Assembly: GCF_963921235.1 (NCBI RefSeq)
Contig: NC_086108.1
Location: 112,532,001-112,596,000, forward strand
Reading direction: 5' to 3'
Source: Mobula hypostoma
Lineage: Eukaryota
Length of the DNA: 64,000 nt
Under the pieces are notes generated by a model that worked only from the letters and a program-made list of their open reading frames with translations, ran no database searches and had not been told where the DNA came from. Shown here one piece after another: positions 62,818-64,000 of the stretch. Position 1 is the stretch's first letter, and each line of letters begins with the position of its first letter. A program made the position numbers and the translations under genes.

Positions 62818-64000
62818 CAGGCGAGGGTAGCTGGCATGTCTCGTACCCCAGTGAGGTCAGGCGAGGGTAGATGGCACGTCTCATACGTCGGTGAGATCAG
62901 GCGAGGGTAGCTGGCATGTCTTGTACTCCAGTGAGATCAGGCGAGGGTAGCTGGCATGTCTCGTACCCCATGATATCAGGCGAGGGTAGATGACATGTCT
63001 CGTACCCCAGTGAGATCAGGCGAGGGTAGCTGGCATGTCTCGTACCCCATGATATCAGGCGAGGGTAGATGGCATGTCTCGTACCCCAGTGAGATCAGGC
63101 GAGGGTAGATGGCATGTCTCGTACCCCAGTGAGATCAGGCAAGGGTAGCTGGCATGTCTCGTACCCCAGTGAGGGCAGGCGAGGGTAGATGGCACGTCTC
63201 ATACGTCGGTGAGATCAGGCGAGGGTAGCTGGCATGTCTCGTACCCCATGATATCAGGCGAGGGTAGATGGCATGTCTCGTACCCCAGTGAGATCAGGCA
63301 AGGGTAGATGGCATGTCTCGTACCCCATGATATCAGGCGAGGGTAGATGGCATGTCTCGTACCCCATGATATCAGGCGAGGGTAGCTGGCATGTCTCGTA
63401 CCCCAGTGAGGTCAGGCAAGGGTAGATGGCATGTCTCGTACCCCAGTGAGGTCAGGCGAGGGTAGATGGCATGTCTCGTACCCCATGAGATCAGGCGAGG
63501 GTAGATGGCATGTCTCGTACCCCATGATATCAGGCGAGGGTAGCTGGCATGTCTCGTACCCCATGATATCAGGCAAGGGTAGCTGGCATGTCTCGTACCC
63601 CAGTGAGGTCAGGCAAGGGTAGATGGCATGTCTCGTACCCCAGTGAGATCAGGCAAGGGTAGATGGCATGTCTCGTACTCCAGTGAGATCAGGCGAGGGT
63701 AGATGGCATGTCTCATACCCCATGATATCAGGCGAGGGTAGATGGCATGTCTCGTACCCCATGATATCAGGCGAGGGTAGCTGGCATGTCTCGTACCCCA
63801 GTGAGATCAGGCGAGGGTAGATGGCATGTCTCGTACCCCAGTGAGGTCAGGCGAGGGTAGATGGCATGTCTCATACCCCAGTGAGGTCAGGCAAGGGTAG
63901 ATGGCATGTCTCGTACCCCATGAGATCAGGCGAGGGTAACTGGCACGTCTCGTACCCCGGTGAGATGGGGATAGGTGAGGGTAACTGGCACGTCTCGTAC
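62818..64000. repeat. 39/40-bp minisatellite, about 30 units, running to the window edge
   Basis: Unit CAGGCGAGGGTAGATGGCATGTCTCGTACCCCAGTGAGAT (40 bp) with a 39-bp variant ending CCCCATGATAT. Confidence 0.96.

Noticed and set aside
63431..63622. Repetitive ORF (SGEGRWHVSYP)n
   Set aside because: It arises from consecutive 39-bp units and is broken by the 40-bp units.

Overview
Repeat-saturated vertebrate genomic DNA. The repeat families suggest a cartilaginous fish, probably a ray (inference). The only host-gene signal is a CpG island at ~47.9-48.6 kb with a minus-strand first coding exon, MDPASLSEDEMAEIKKE|GTAAGT, which I read as bcl10 exon 1. I found no exon 2, so most of the window to its left is probably a very large intron 1. 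The rest is nested mobile DNA: two young CR1 LINEs (one near full length with an esterase ORF1), many older CR1 and Rex1/Babar-like fragments, an L1 fragment with a TSD, Penelope-like (PLE) fragments, V-, CORE- and RTE-type SINEs, a Tc1 derivative, a hAT element with a 6-bp TSD and two minisatellites. Three structures stand out. (1) A ~4.8-kb minisatellite with a telomere-like CCTAACCC core expanded inside a single V-SINE and was then invaded by a Tx1-clade retrotransposon (poly(A) tail, 12-bp TSD, one premature stop). (2) The PLE terminal repeats carry minimal type I hammerhead ribozymes, some forming fold-back hairpins centred on the ribozyme core; three copies with an intact core lie on the putative bcl10 pre-mRNA strand. 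(3) A TSD-bounded, inverted PLE insertion has captured ~190 bp of neighbouring genomic sequence. All family calls rest on motif recognition by eye; no database search was run.
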